From positions 1 through 43,900 of the forward strand of contig JACRHA010000109.1 in assembly GCA_016234185.1 (NCBI GenBank): 43,900 bases of DNA, read 5' to 3'. Positions 29,922 to 39,490 of the stretch are shown here, in pieces (position 1 is the stretch's first letter; every line of letters starts with the position of its first letter). The notes beneath the pieces are model-generated. The model was not told the origin of the DNA. It did not search any database and saw only the letters and a list, made by a program, of their open reading frames with translations. Source of the stretch: Nitrospirota bacterium (GTDB lineage: Bacteria; Nitrospirota; Nitrospiria; JACRHA01). The position numbers and the translations under genes were made by a program.

Positions 29922-32900
29922 CTAAGGTGTAGTAAATGTAATGGTGCTCGTCTTTACCGTTGTATCTGCACCAACTGTATAATTAAAAGTTATGGTAAAT
30001 GTTACACCCCGCATATCCACATCCTTGCCTTTAGTGTCCTTGAATGTCAGTTCGTTAAAGGTGTATGTTGCACCCTTGTTTATTTTTACTACCTTACATG
30101 AGGTAGTTGATATTGTGCTGCCTGATGAGGCCCTGGTTCCGCTCCCGCCACATTTATCGAATTCCCAGACATTGGTTCCTCCGCTGCAGCCTTTACTGGG
30201 TGGATTACCTTCTGATTTTATCTTGTCCAAAAATGCCCCGGCCTTATCCCAGGATATTGTCATGCTCTGGATAGTTGCAAAGTCTGAATGGTCGTTTTCT
30301 ACTATAAAACCTGCCTTCTCATGTCCACCACCACAGGTCCCGGAGCTCCCGGAGACATAGGTGATTAGGCCGCCGGTAGAGGTAATTGTAATATCCTGGG
30401 TCGCATTTACGGAAACCCCGCTGATTGTAATCTCAGCCTTTACCGTAACTGTACCTGTACCTGAACCGCTCGTGAGGGTAGATGCAGCGATGCCGGCAGA
30501 TGGGGTTACAGGGGTAGGGCTGATGGCAGCCCCCTGATTACCAGAGACAAAACTGAAACTCACCTGCGAACCAACAGGTGGTTGGGTAACTACCCCGCTG
30601 CTGTAAGTAGTCGCCGTTAATGTCGATGTGCCGCCCCCTCCGCCGCCGCTGCTTATATTTGTTGGGCTTGCAGAGAGGGTAATGCTCCAGGAGTTAAAAT
30701 CAACAGTAGTAGAGCTTGTGCCGCAAAAGGCTGCGGCATTGATGGTTGCTGTACCGGAAGATGTCCCGCTGGTAAGGGTTGTCGTGGCTATCCCGCTCGA
30801 GTTGGTCGTTGCGGATGTTGGTGACAATGACCCGCCTATACCCCCCGGGGTTGTTGTCAAAGAAAAGGTCACATTCTCATTTGCTATGGCATTATTCGTC
30901 TGCGAATCGGTAACAGTGGCGCTAATAGCTGATGTGCTGGTACCATTTGGCAGTATCCATTTCGGATTTGCAGAAATGACAACATTGCAGCTCTTTATTG
31001 ACAGGTCAAGTTCACCTTCCCCGCACGCGCCTACAGCGGTTATGCGGACCGTACCAGGGGTAGAATTATTGGCAGTAAATGTCGTAGTAAACTGCCCACT
31101 GGCGTTTGTCGTTCCGGATGAAGAGGAGAGGGAGCCTAATGAAGGGTTGTCAAGGGATAGACTGACAGGCGTAGAAGCAATGGGCAGACCTGTTGATGGG
31201 TCGATAAAGGTAGTTGTTACAGTGGTGGGGCCTCCCAACGGTACAGAGGATGGGCTTGCTAGTACAGTAACATTACACCCCGTAAACTGGACCTGCGCCG
31301 TTCCAACGCTATTCGCGCACTGGGCGGCATTCGATGGGACACTGGCGGTAATATCTGCTGTATGCGGATAAGGGCTGCTGGTTAGAGATACGCCTACCTG
31401 GCCGCTGATATTTGTTGTGCCTGATATAGTTTTTACCTGTGTGGATGGATTAAAGGTGCCCTCTGTGGTCACAAGGTCTATTTGAATGCCGCTCACCAGA
31501 TTGTTGCTGAGGTCTTTTAAGGTTGCCGTTACAGGCGTGTTGCTGGCGCCATCCCCCATTATTGCATTATATGTTGGCACTACAGCGAGGGAACATGTTG
31601 TAAATGGCACATTAACAAACCCTGATTTTGTGGTAGCAGGTTCTGTTGCCGTAATTGTCGCCGTTCCATCGCTGGTTCCAGATGTGAGTATTGTAGTGGC
31701 CTTTCCACCGGTTGTTAGTCCTGTTGCCGGGTTAAGACCGCCGCCTATCCCTGAGGGGCTGGTGGCTATGGAGAAATTGACTGCCGTATTATCTGCTACA
31801 GGCAGGCCGCACGAGTCTAAGAGCGTAGCAGTGATAGTGGACTTACTGATCCCATCAGAGGGGAGGGCGGCAGGAATTGCTCCTACTGTTACGGTGTTGG
31901 CAGGTCCGCTCGAATAATATACAGTTGTCAGACCGCTATAGCTCTTGCCTATTATGGTGCCAGTACCAATAACTGTTGCAGAACCGCCAACACCTGCGAT
32001 GTTATAAAGGGAGACCGATGCCTGCCCGCTGCTATTTGTAGTTCCAGTAGCAGTGGTAACCGAACTAAGATTATCAAAACTGCCCCCTGTTACAGCAAAA
32101 TTGATCTGGATTCCTGCAATTGGACCACCCTGGTCATCCTGCGTTGTTGCCGTAATAGTTGAGAATACACCTGCAAACGGGCACGATAGTGTCTGAGGGC
32201 TTGCAGAGAGCACCAGCGACGGCGAGATCACCACCTGTACAACAGGGTTCCTCGGATCTATTTCTGATGTGACCGTCATATCATGATACTTATAAGCGGC
32301 GCCATGAGCTGAGGCACTGTAATTCTCATCAACCCTTAATGTCTCTGCTGTTAATGTAACGGAAACCCTGCTTATGTTGGCTAACTCATTGGCAAGGGTT
32401 GTGGGGGTTGCTACTGCGCGGATGTCCCCATTATTATTTGTTACGGAGGTGTTTGACATATATAATGTCTTTGGTCTTCCACCATTGCCGGTAAGAAGCG
32501 CCGTGATCTCTCCCTGTTCTAATTTCCCATTGTTAGCAGTGCCTCCATTTGAGCCGTCATCACCCCACAGGTATTCATCAATAACCCCATTTCCATTTAC
32601 ATCCCTCTCCCCAACCTTTGAATCAATAATACCATCCTGATTCTTATCCTCCCTGATCCAGTATTGTAATAGCGGTATGGGACGCGTTCCATCGGGGTAA
32701 GGTTCAGGTCCCCTAACCCCTTCTGTCATTATGGGTATACTTTTGCCTGCCCCTGTAAAACTGCTGCCATTATTTGCTCCATTAAAGCCAAAGGGCTGGC
32801 GGTATAAGCGATAAAGATTAGGGTTTGTTGTGGAATTGGGATCAATGGTATTCATCCTGTCATTATTGTCAATTACTCCATCATCATTAGAGTCGAGGGT

Positions 32901-33326
32901 CCACCTGACGGTCTCTGCCCCGGTGCCTCCTGAACTATAATCTACGCCGGGATTATAGGCAACGACGCCTGAGGCAACTGCAGGGTTTGCAGGAACCTGA
33001 CCCGGCGATACGCCAGGTTTTATGGCCAAGAGAGAACCAGAGCTATCAATGTCGGCATTGAAGATTATTTCGTATGGGGCGGCCGTAACAAAGGTTACCT
33101 GGCCATTGACTGTATTTATGCCATATCCAGCCATTCGAATATCCCTTTCCAGATCAAAGATACCATTCCTTGTATTCTGCTGTAATTGGGTCAACTGGCT
33201 CTGTATTACCGATGATTTGTAATAAGAAGTATAGAGTTCATAAATGGCAGCGACAACGATACTGGAGATCACCAGGGTAATCATCAACTCAATTAGGGTA
33301 AAACCTTTTTTGTTAAGTACCAACAT
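29922..33326 (-). CDS. Giant PilW-like minor pilin fused to about six Big_1-type (invasin/intimin) Ig repeats
   Basis: KG|FTLIEL, LERDIRMAGY, pilin end DPRN, then repeats of STITAT..D..G.P....V.F...T..G.A...LTS. Confidence 0.88.
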   Translation of the reverse strand: MLVLNKKGFTLIELMITLVISSIVVAAIYELYTSYYKSSVIQSQLTQLQQNTRNGIFDLERDIRMAGYGINTVNGQVTFVTAAPYEIIFNADIDSSGSLLAIKPGVSPGQVPANPAVASGVVAYNPGVDYSSGGTGAETVRWTLDSNDDGVIDNNDRMNTIDPNSTTNPNLYRLYRQPFGFNGANNGSSFTGAGKSIPIMTEGVRGPEPYPDGTRPIPLLQYWIREDKNQDGIIDSKVGERDVNGNGVIDEYLWGDDGSNGGTANNGKLEQGEITALLTGNGGRPKTLYMSNTSVTNNNGDIRAVATPTTLANELANISRVSVTLTAETLRVDENYSASAHGAAYKYHDMTVTSEIDPRNPVVQVVISPSLVLSASPQTLSCPFAGVFSTITATTQDDQGGPIAGIQINFAVTGGSFDNLSSVTTATGTTNSSGQASVSLYNIAGVGGSATVIGTGTIIGKSYSGLTTVYYSSGPANTVTVGAIPAALPSDGISKSTITATLLDSCGLPVADNTAVNFSIATSPSGIGGGLNPATGLTTGGKATTILTSGTSDGTATITATEPATTKSGFVNVPFTTCSLAVVPTYNAIMGDGASNTPVTATLKDLSNNLVSGIQIDLVTTEGTFNPSTQVKTISGTTNISGQVGVSLTSSPYPHTADITASVPSNAAQCANSVGTAQVQFTGCNVTVLASPSSVPLGGPTTVTTTFIDPSTGLPIASTPVSLSLDNPSLGSLSSSSGTTNASGQFTTTFTANNSTPGTVRITAVGACGEGELDLSIKSCNVVISANPKWILPNGTSTSAISATVTDSQTNNAIANENVTFSLTTTPGGIGGSLSPTSATTNSSGIATTTLTSGTSSGTATINAAAFCGTSSTTVDFNSWSITLSASPTNISSGGGGGGTSTLTATTYSSGVVTQPPVGSQVSFSFVSGNQGAAISPTPVTPSAGIAASTLTSGSGTGTVTVKAEITISGVSVNATQDITITSTGGLITYVSGSSGTCGGGHEKAGFIVENDHSDFATIQSMTISWDKAGAFLDKIKSEGNPPSKGCSGGTNVWEFDKCGGSGTRASSGSTISTTSCKVVKINKGATYTFNELTFKDTKGKDVDMRGVTFTITFNYTVGADTTVKTSTITFTTP

Positions 33327-33357
33327 AGTTTTTCTCCAAATATGTCTGTACAATTAT

Positions 33358-33903
33358 CTATAAAATCCCTCGGTCCCTTATGGTTGCAAACTGGACACTA
33401 TGAATCTTGACAGGGTTCCCCGGATCTATCCACTCGACCTTGACTGAGATATCTTTTAAGGTAATATCCCCAAATCCGTCTGTTTGTTCTGCGGTCACAG
33501 TGATGGTTCTTTTAATTTTCATCGTCACGTTTCCTCCACTATAACCTGAGAGTGTATTGATATTTACATAGTCTGCATCGTTATTGAAGACATTGTATTG
33601 AGCGCTCCCATTATTAGCCCGAAGACAGTCTACCACCCCTGCAAGATTAGGATCCCCGCTTGCTATCTGGCAAGGTGCAGAGGCGTTTGCGCTCCTCATT
33701 GCATAAAAGGGGACATTCTTTGCCTGTTCTATCATATCGAGGGCGATGTTATTTGCCGTACTACCCCTTTTAACGAGGCTATTAGACATCATCTGTGCGG
33801 TATATAATCCTGAAATACCCAGAAGACCAATAGATAGTATTGCTAAGGCAATTAAGACCTCTAACAAGGTAAATCCCCTTTCGGTCTTAAATAGAATATT
33901 CAT
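33358..33903 (-). CDS. pilV: PilV-like minor pilin
   Basis: RG|FTLLEVLIALAILSIGLLG, ISVKVEW. Confidence 0.8.
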   Translation of the reverse strand: MNILFKTERGFTLLEVLIALAILSIGLLGISGLYTAQMMSNSLVKRGSTANNIALDMIEQAKNVPFYAMRSANASAPCQIASGDPNLAGVVDCLRANNGSAQYNVFNNDADYVNINTLSGYSGGNVTMKIKRTITVTAEQTDGFGDITLKDISVKVEWIDPGNPVKIHSVQFATIRDRGIL

Positions 33904-33920
33904 TGCATATCTCCTGATAT

Positions 33921-34421
33921 CTATGTCTTAATTGTCTGAACATATCCTGTTCTTGCTGTTATCTGAATCCTGTAGAGTTTCCCCTTTTGATTCGTAATAT
34001 CAATATTATGTGTATTGCTCGTAAAATTTTTCATCCTGCCGTCGGGACCGAAAACGCAGATATAGTTACCCCCTCCATCTGTCGGTAGATCTGACACCAG
34101 ATATGTTATCCCCGGAGGTAAGGTTTGTGCTGCCGACTCTGTTGCCCATACACCAGATCCGGTGTAGGCATTTCCTTTATCAATCTGATAGGTATTTGCA
34201 CTAGGGTCAAACAGCACCCTGAACTCCACCCCATTTGAGATAGACCTGTATCGGGCTGTTGTTAGCGCAGAGCTTAGGTTCCCTGATGCCTCCCTTATGC
34301 GAAGTGAAGGCAGCAACGCGATATAACTTGGAACTGCAATCATTACCATAATACCTATAATTGCCAGTACCACCATTAATTCTATTAAGGTAAATCCATT
34401 TTTGTTAGTTATGTATCGCAT
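33921..34421 (-). CDS. fimT: FimT/FimU (GspH-like) minor pilin
   Basis: NG|FTLIELMVVLAIIGI...VPSY, L..ARYRSI, F.PDG, I....G.V. Confidence 0.8.
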   Translation of the reverse strand: MRYITNKNGFTLIELMVVLAIIGIMVMIAVPSYIALLPSLRIREASGNLSSALTTARYRSISNGVEFRVLFDPSANTYQIDKGNAYTGSGVWATESAAQTLPPGITYLVSDLPTDGGGNYICVFGPDGRMKNFTSNTHNIDITNQKGKLYRIQITARTGYVQTIKT

Positions 34422-34434
34422 ACTTGCCTTTTAC

Positions 34435-34451
34435 TGCAATAAAGATGCCAA
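34435..34451 (-). promoter_or_regulatory. Sigma54 (-24/-12) promoter of the pilin operon
   Basis: Minus strand TTGGCATCTTTATTGCA = GG-N10-GC, fitting TGGCAY-N4-TTGCW. Confidence 0.75.
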
Positions 34452-34544
34452 TTATTTTACAATACAATTCTCATAGTTTATAATGAATTATAACGTAAAC
34501 AAGAAGAAATACAAGTAACTAAGGTCTGAAATAGGAGGTAGCAG

Positions 34545-34562
34545 TATGTAACTGATTACATA
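34545..34562. promoter_or_regulatory. Inverted repeat, candidate transcription factor or enhancer site
   Basis: TATGTAA-CTGA-TTACATA between the divergent fimT and degP promoters. Confidence 0.5.
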
Positions 34563-34594
34563 GTTTAAGGGGCAGGTTAATCCTGTCAAAAGGG

Positions 34595-34623
34595 TTTACT
34601 TTTCCTTTTGGGGATAGTATAAT
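34595..34623 (+). promoter_or_regulatory. Sigma70 promoter of degP
   Basis: TTTACT-17 bp-TATAAT. Confidence 0.6.
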
Positions 34624-34686
34624 TTAAATAACATTATGATTAAATTATAAATAATTCTGCAGATTTATATCATTTCGGAGGGATTT

Positions 34687-36186
34687 ATGAATAAGTTTTT
34701 ACACCGTAAAAGAATTAAAGGTCTTCTTCTCGCAATCCTCCTTATTGGCCTGGGTATCACAGCAGGGATGATCATATCTTCTGACCTCGGTCTGTTTTCA
34801 AGCGGAGAGGCTGTAAATGAAGGGGTTAGGAAGGTTTCAGTGCCCCTGCCATTTACAGGACAGAGTTTTGTTGATGTTGCAAAGACAGCAACGCCGGCAG
34901 TGGTAAATATATCAACCACCAGAAAGGTGGCGGGTCCCGGCAGATCCCCGCTTGATCCATTCTTTGAGGACCCCTTCTTTCGGCGGTTTTTTGGTGATGA
35001 GTTCCAAAGACGCGGGGTTCCAAAGGAGAGAAAGGAGCAATCTCTCGGATCGGGCGTTATCGTTGATCCGGGTGGGCTTATAGTGACGAATAATCATGTA
35101 GTCTCCCAGGCCGATGAGATAGTAGTCCTATTGTCGGACAGGAGGGAGTTCAAGGGAAAACTCATTGGTACAGACCCTAAGTCTGATATTGCTGTGGTAA
35201 AGATCGAGGCCAAGGACCTTCCATTTCTTGCGTGGGGTGATTCAGATAAGCTCCAGGTGGGTGAATATGCCCTGGCCATAGGGAATCCCTTCGGCCTGAA
35301 TCAGACGGTCACAGCAGGGATTATAAGTGCCGTAGGCAGGGCCAACGTTGGAATAGCAGAATATGAAGACTTTATTCAGACCGATGCAGCGATCAACCCG
35401 GGAAACTCCGGTGGGGCGCTCGTGAATGTTAAGGGGGAACTAATAGGTATCAATACAGCAATATTCAGCCGGAGCGGCGGTTATATGGGCATAGGCTTTG
35501 CTGTGCCGAGCAGCATGGCCAAGGCAGTTGTTGACAGCCTTGTTAAGTCGGGAAAGGTTGTCAGGGGATGGCTCGGTGTCTCGATCCAGGTGATAAGTCA
35601 GGAACTGGCAAAGGAATTTGGATTAAAGGACAATAAAGGGGTCCTTGTCAGTGATGTGGCGGCAAACAGCCCTGCTGGAAAGGGGGGGCTGTTGAGGGGA
35701 GATGTGATAACGGAGTATGACGGGAAGGTAGTTGATGAACCAAACCATCTGCGGAACATGGTTGCCCAGACCCCTATAGGAAAAAAGGTAAGGCTTAAGA
35801 TCATGCGGGATAAGAGGGAAAAGGAGATAGAGCTTGCCATAGGCGAACTTCCAGCGGAGGCCCAGGTGTCAGGGGAGGAGAGGTCAGAAGGAGTGGCCGG
35901 AAATGTATTGGAAGGACTTGAGGTTGCCGACATAACCCCTGATATTGCCAGGGAGCTTGGTCTTTCCAAGGGAGAAACGGGTGTGGTTGTGACAAGTATA
36001 ATTCCAGGGAGTCCGATAGAGGGGGCTGGATTGCAGGAGGGGGATGTGATAACAGAGATAAACAGGAAACCAGTGAGGAATACCAAGGACTTCGACTCAG
36101 TCGTTTCCCGGATAAAGGCCAATGAATCGGCACTTATCCTTGTAACAAGAGCGGGAAGAAAGAGCTTTATTATCGCAAAACCATAG
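34687..36186 (+). CDS. degP: HtrA/DegP-DegQ serine protease with two PDZ domains
   Basis: TNNHVV, DIAVVKI, QTDAAINPGNSGG, GWLGV, two PDZ domains. Confidence 0.93.
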   Translation: MNKFLHRKRIKGLLLAILLIGLGITAGMIISSDLGLFSSGEAVNEGVRKVSVPLPFTGQSFVDVAKTATPAVVNISTTRKVAGPGRSPLDPFFEDPFFRRFFGDEFQRRGVPKERKEQSLGSGVIVDPGGLIVTNNHVVSQADEIVVLLSDRREFKGKLIGTDPKSDIAVVKIEAKDLPFLAWGDSDKLQVGEYALAIGNPFGLNQTVTAGIISAVGRANVGIAEYEDFIQTDAAINPGNSGGALVNVKGELIGINTAIFSRSGGYMGIGFAVPSSMAKAVVDSLVKSGKVVRGWLGVSIQVISQELAKEFGLKDNKGVLVSDVAANSPAGKGGLLRGDVITEYDGKVVDEPNHLRNMVAQTPIGKKVRLKIMRDKREKEIELAIGELPAEAQVSGEERSEGVAGNVLEGLEVADITPDIARELGLSKGETGVVVTSIIPGSPIEGAGLQEGDVITEINRKPVRNTKDFDSVVSRIKANESALILVTRAGRKSFIIAKP

Positions 36187-36229
36187 GGTTATGGCGTAAT
36201 AAAATACAATAAAAAGGTGGTGATATAAA

Positions 36230-37249
36230 ATGATCTTAAGGGCTATATTTATTTTAATAAGTTCTCTGCTTGGATGGGCCCTCTTCTCTAATATAATGGA
36301 TCTGGCTGAAGGCGGCTATTTAGGTCTTTTTGCAGGTTTTTCTACAGGTGCGGTAGTCTTGTTGTTTGAATACCAATTAAAAAAGGTTGATATAAGGACC
36401 ATTTTAGGGGGTTTTCTGGGATTGCTCCTTGGGATCCTTTCTGCAAGCCTGCTAAGTTTTCTGAGCGGTTCCATTTTTAATGAGGATCAGTTCCTCTATT
36501 TTCCATGGAGGTTTTTCCTTCTTTTATCCTTCGGATACCTCGGGCTTGCCTTTGGCATAAAGGCCGGGAAAGAGTTTTCTCCTACGGAGATAAGGAGGAT
36601 GTTGAATGATACCCCGGCTGAATCTAACAAAAAGATCCTTGATACAAGCGTGATTATCGACGGCAGGATAGCCGACCTGTGCGAGACAGGATTCCTTGAA
36701 GGTGTATTTATAGTGCCCCAGTTTATCCTTCAGGAACTGCAGCATATCGCAGATTCCTCCGATTCTATGAAGAGGGCCAGAGGAAGAAGGGGCCTGGATA
36801 TCCTCCACAGGGTACAAAAGATGGCTGATATAAATGTTAATATAATTGACGAGGATTTTCCGAATATAAAGGATGTTGACTCAAAGATAGTTGCCCTGGG
36901 CAAAAAACTGGATGCCAAGGTTATTACGAACGATCTTAACCTGAATAAGGTGGCGGAGCTCCAGGGGGTCAGGGTGTTAAATATAAATGAGCTGTGCAAT
37001 GCCTTAAAGCCGGTTGTGCTGCCCGGTGAGAGCATGAGGGTTTTTGTCCTGAAGGAGGGTAAGGAGGCTGGTCAGGGCATTGCTTATCTTGATGATGGTA
37101 CTATGATAGTTGTTGATGAGGCGCGCAGGCTTATTGGAAAGAATGCCGATGTTGTGGTAACGAGTGTACTTCAGACCACGGCAGGGAGGATGATCTTTTC
37201 GCGCCTGAAGGAGGAGACTGAGAGCTCCATCTTGCAATCTGTAAGATAA
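36230..37249 (+). CDS. PIN/TRAM domain membrane protein (YacL family)
   Basis: Four TMs, ILDTSVIIDGRI, RGRRGLDIL, YLDDGTMIVV, QTTAGRMIF. Sits upstream of ispD. Confidence 0.92.
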   Translation: MILRAIFILISSLLGWALFSNIMDLAEGGYLGLFAGFSTGAVVLLFEYQLKKVDIRTILGGFLGLLLGILSASLLSFLSGSIFNEDQFLYFPWRFFLLLSFGYLGLAFGIKAGKEFSPTEIRRMLNDTPAESNKKILDTSVIIDGRIADLCETGFLEGVFIVPQFILQELQHIADSSDSMKRARGRRGLDILHRVQKMADINVNIIDEDFPNIKDVDSKIVALGKKLDAKVITNDLNLNKVAELQGVRVLNINELCNALKPVVLPGESMRVFVLKEGKEAGQGIAYLDDGTMIVVDEARRLIGKNADVVVTSVLQTTAGRMIFSRLKEETESSILQSVR

Positions 37250-37263
37250 ATGCAACCTACGCT

Positions 37264-37427
37264 GTTGTAGGGGGCAGGGCTTGCCCTACCCAGCGAGCAA
37301 AGCGAGCGCCCAAGGGGAGGCGACGATCATCTGTAGAAGGTAGTTCACAGCGAGCGGATGCGAGCGTTGAGGGGGAGGCTCCAAAGGCTTTGCCTTTGGA
37401 GGGGGCGACGCAAGCCCCTTTAAATAG
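37264..37427 (+). repeat. Modular intergenic palindromic element, copy 3
   Basis: GTAG-REP, a partial unit and a full unit ending GGCGACGCAAGCCCCTTTAAATAG. Confidence 0.9.
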
Positions 37428-37436
37428 GGTGAAGGA

Positions 37437-38138
37437 TTGAAGGTTACAGCGCTTATCCCGTCTGCCGGGATCGGGAAGAGGATGGGAACAGAAAGGCCGA
37501 AGCAGTTTCTTACTATCAATGGCCTTCCTATGCTTGTTTATACACTTAAGGTCTTTGATGTCCTTCCTGAGGTTGACGAGATCAATCTTATAGTCCATAA
37601 GGGAGATGAGGGTTATTGCGAGAAGATCATTGAAGGGTGTAAGTTAAAGAAGGTACTGAAGATCGTCTTTGGGGGTAAGACCCGTCAGGAGTCTGTCTAT
37701 AACGGCCTCAAAGAGATAAACGATGAGACCGGTATTGTAGTTATACATGATGCTGTCAGGCCCTTTGTTACCCCTGAAATAATAAGAAAGTCGATAAAGA
37801 CTGCCAGATATTCTGACGGCGCCGTAGCGGCAATACCCGTAAGGGACACCATGAAATACGCAGGAGACAAGGGTATTATAGAAAAGACCGTAAGCCGATC
37901 GAACCTCTGGCTTGCCCAGACACCCCAGGCCTTTAGACTGGAGATCATTAAGGAGGCATACCACAGGGCCTTTCTGGATAACTTCTCTGCTACTGATGAT
38001 TCCTCCCTGGTCGAGAGAATAGGCTATAAGGTAAAGGTGATTGAAAGCGCGTATTCCAATATCAAGATTACTGCCCCCGAGGATATAATTCTTGCCCAAA
38101 GGATGCTTGATAAAGTGAGCCCTGCCTTGGTGCTGTGA
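37437..38138 (+). CDS. ispD: 2-C-methyl-D-erythritol 4-phosphate cytidylyltransferase
   Basis: AGIGKRMG..RPKQFL, GGKTRQESV, IHDAVRP, QTPQAF, NIKIT. Confidence 0.96.
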   Translation: MKVTALIPSAGIGKRMGTERPKQFLTINGLPMLVYTLKVFDVLPEVDEINLIVHKGDEGYCEKIIEGCKLKKVLKIVFGGKTRQESVYNGLKEINDETGIVVIHDAVRPFVTPEIIRKSIKTARYSDGAVAAIPVRDTMKYAGDKGIIEKTVSRSNLWLAQTPQAFRLEIIKEAYHRAFLDNFSATDDSSLVERIGYKVKVIESAYSNIKITAPEDIILAQRMLDKVSPALVL

Positions 38139-38157
38139 TAAGGCCGTGGCCCGGGAG

Positions 38158-38667
38158 ATGATAAGAACAGGCATAGGATATGATGTTCATCGCTTCTGCA
38201 AGGGAAGAAGGCTGGTCTTAGGCGGCATTGAAATTCCTTTCGAGGAGGGACTTGCCGGTCATTCGGATGCAGATGTCCTGCTCCATGCCATGTGCGATGC
38301 AATGCTTGGCGGAATAGGAGAGGGGGATATCGGTCAGCACTTCCCGGACCATGACATACGATTCAAGGATATTTCAAGCATGAGGCTCCTTGAGGACGTG
38401 GCAGGGCTGCTAAAAAGAAGGGGATTTATATTGCTTAATATCGATTCGACAATAATTGCTGAAAGACCCAGGGTATCGGGCTTTGTCATGGGGATGAGGG
38501 AGAATATATCAGGCTTGCTGGGACTCGATATAGGGTGTGTAAATATAAAGGCGACAACGAATGAGGGCCTCGGTTTTATCGGAAGGGGAGAAGGGATTGC
38601 TGCCCAGGCAGTATGCACAGTAAGAAAGGCAGACTCTACTGATGATGCGGATCCTTCTTTAATTTAG
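38158..38667 (+). CDS. ispF: 2-C-methyl-D-erythritol 2,4-cyclodiphosphate synthase
   Basis: GIGYDVH, GHSDADVLLHA, DIGQHFP, KATTNEGLGFIGRGEGIAA. Confidence 0.96.
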   Translation: MIRTGIGYDVHRFCKGRRLVLGGIEIPFEEGLAGHSDADVLLHAMCDAMLGGIGEGDIGQHFPDHDIRFKDISSMRLLEDVAGLLKRRGFILLNIDSTIIAERPRVSGFVMGMRENISGLLGLDIGCVNIKATTNEGLGFIGRGEGIAAQAVCTVRKADSTDDADPSLI

Positions 38668-39421
38668 ACCTCAATTGGGCATTCTCAAGGGCTACCGATG
38701 CATAGTGGGCAAATACGGAGAGGAGTTCCAGGTCATATTCCGTAAAGGCATGCCTCTCATGGCTTAAAGAAGAGCAGTTAAGAACCCCGATTACCTTAAC
38801 GCCCAGGCTCAAAGGGACACAAAGGGAAGAGAATATATCGGCCTCCTTATCGATAAAGTTGATAAAGCGGCCCCCCTTTACCCTGCCTGGCAGGATTATT
38901 GGTTCTCCTGTTTTGGCTACCCATCCTGCTACCCCCTCACCTATCTTTTGGGGTTTGAAGAATTTTTCCTCCAGGCCTGATGATGCTGCAACAATAAGGG
39001 TTTCACCCTTTTCGTCAATAAGCATGATCGAACTTCTGCTTATCTTAAACAATTCGAGAACGGATTTTAAAAGCTTATCCAGCGCCTTATGGGGTTCCTT
39101 TTCCATGCTCACCGCTTCAACGGCCTTATGGAGAGTTGAGATCTCCTTGAGCTTTGTGTTCAGCAGTGATATTGTAACCTCTTGCTCTAATGTCTGGAGC
39201 TCTTCAATCCTCAATTGCTGGTTTAATTCCATCAGTCTCCGTTCTTTGTCGACCACATATAAGCAGAAGAGGACAGAAAAGATCCCCAGGAAGATAAGGA
39301 AAGTGCTTTTGCTTTCCAGAAAATAGGACAGGGCTATTACCGAGGTAGAGTAGACGGCTATTACCAGGATGGCGATAATCCAGAGTTCACGCCGCCTTTT
39401 TTCTATGTCCTTCCGTTTCAT
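38636..39421 (-). CDS. Two-TM membrane protein with a coiled coil and a GAF domain
   Basis: GEGVAGWVAKTGEP, SSLCVPL...IGVLN, FTEYDLELL...A.VALENAQL. No output domain. Confidence 0.85.
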   Translation of the reverse strand: MKRKDIEKRRRELWIIAILVIAVYSTSVIALSYFLESKSTFLIFLGIFSVLFCLYVVDKERRLMELNQQLRIEELQTLEQEVTISLLNTKLKEISTLHKAVEAVSMEKEPHKALDKLLKSVLELFKISRSSIMLIDEKGETLIVAASSGLEEKFFKPQKIGEGVAGWVAKTGEPIILPGRVKGGRFINFIDKEADIFSSLCVPLSLGVKVIGVLNCSSLSHERHAFTEYDLELLSVFAHYASVALENAQLRSKLKKDPHHQ

Positions 39422-39490
39422 CAGAGGTTGTTTTTTCTATGCAATGTTTTTTAAATGGCGGCCTATGGCAGCCGAACCAACCTGATCAGT

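Noticed and set aside
36230-37249. PIN domain as a toxin-antitoxin toxin
   Set aside because: It is the conserved YacL-type PIN/TRAM membrane protein normally found before ispD.
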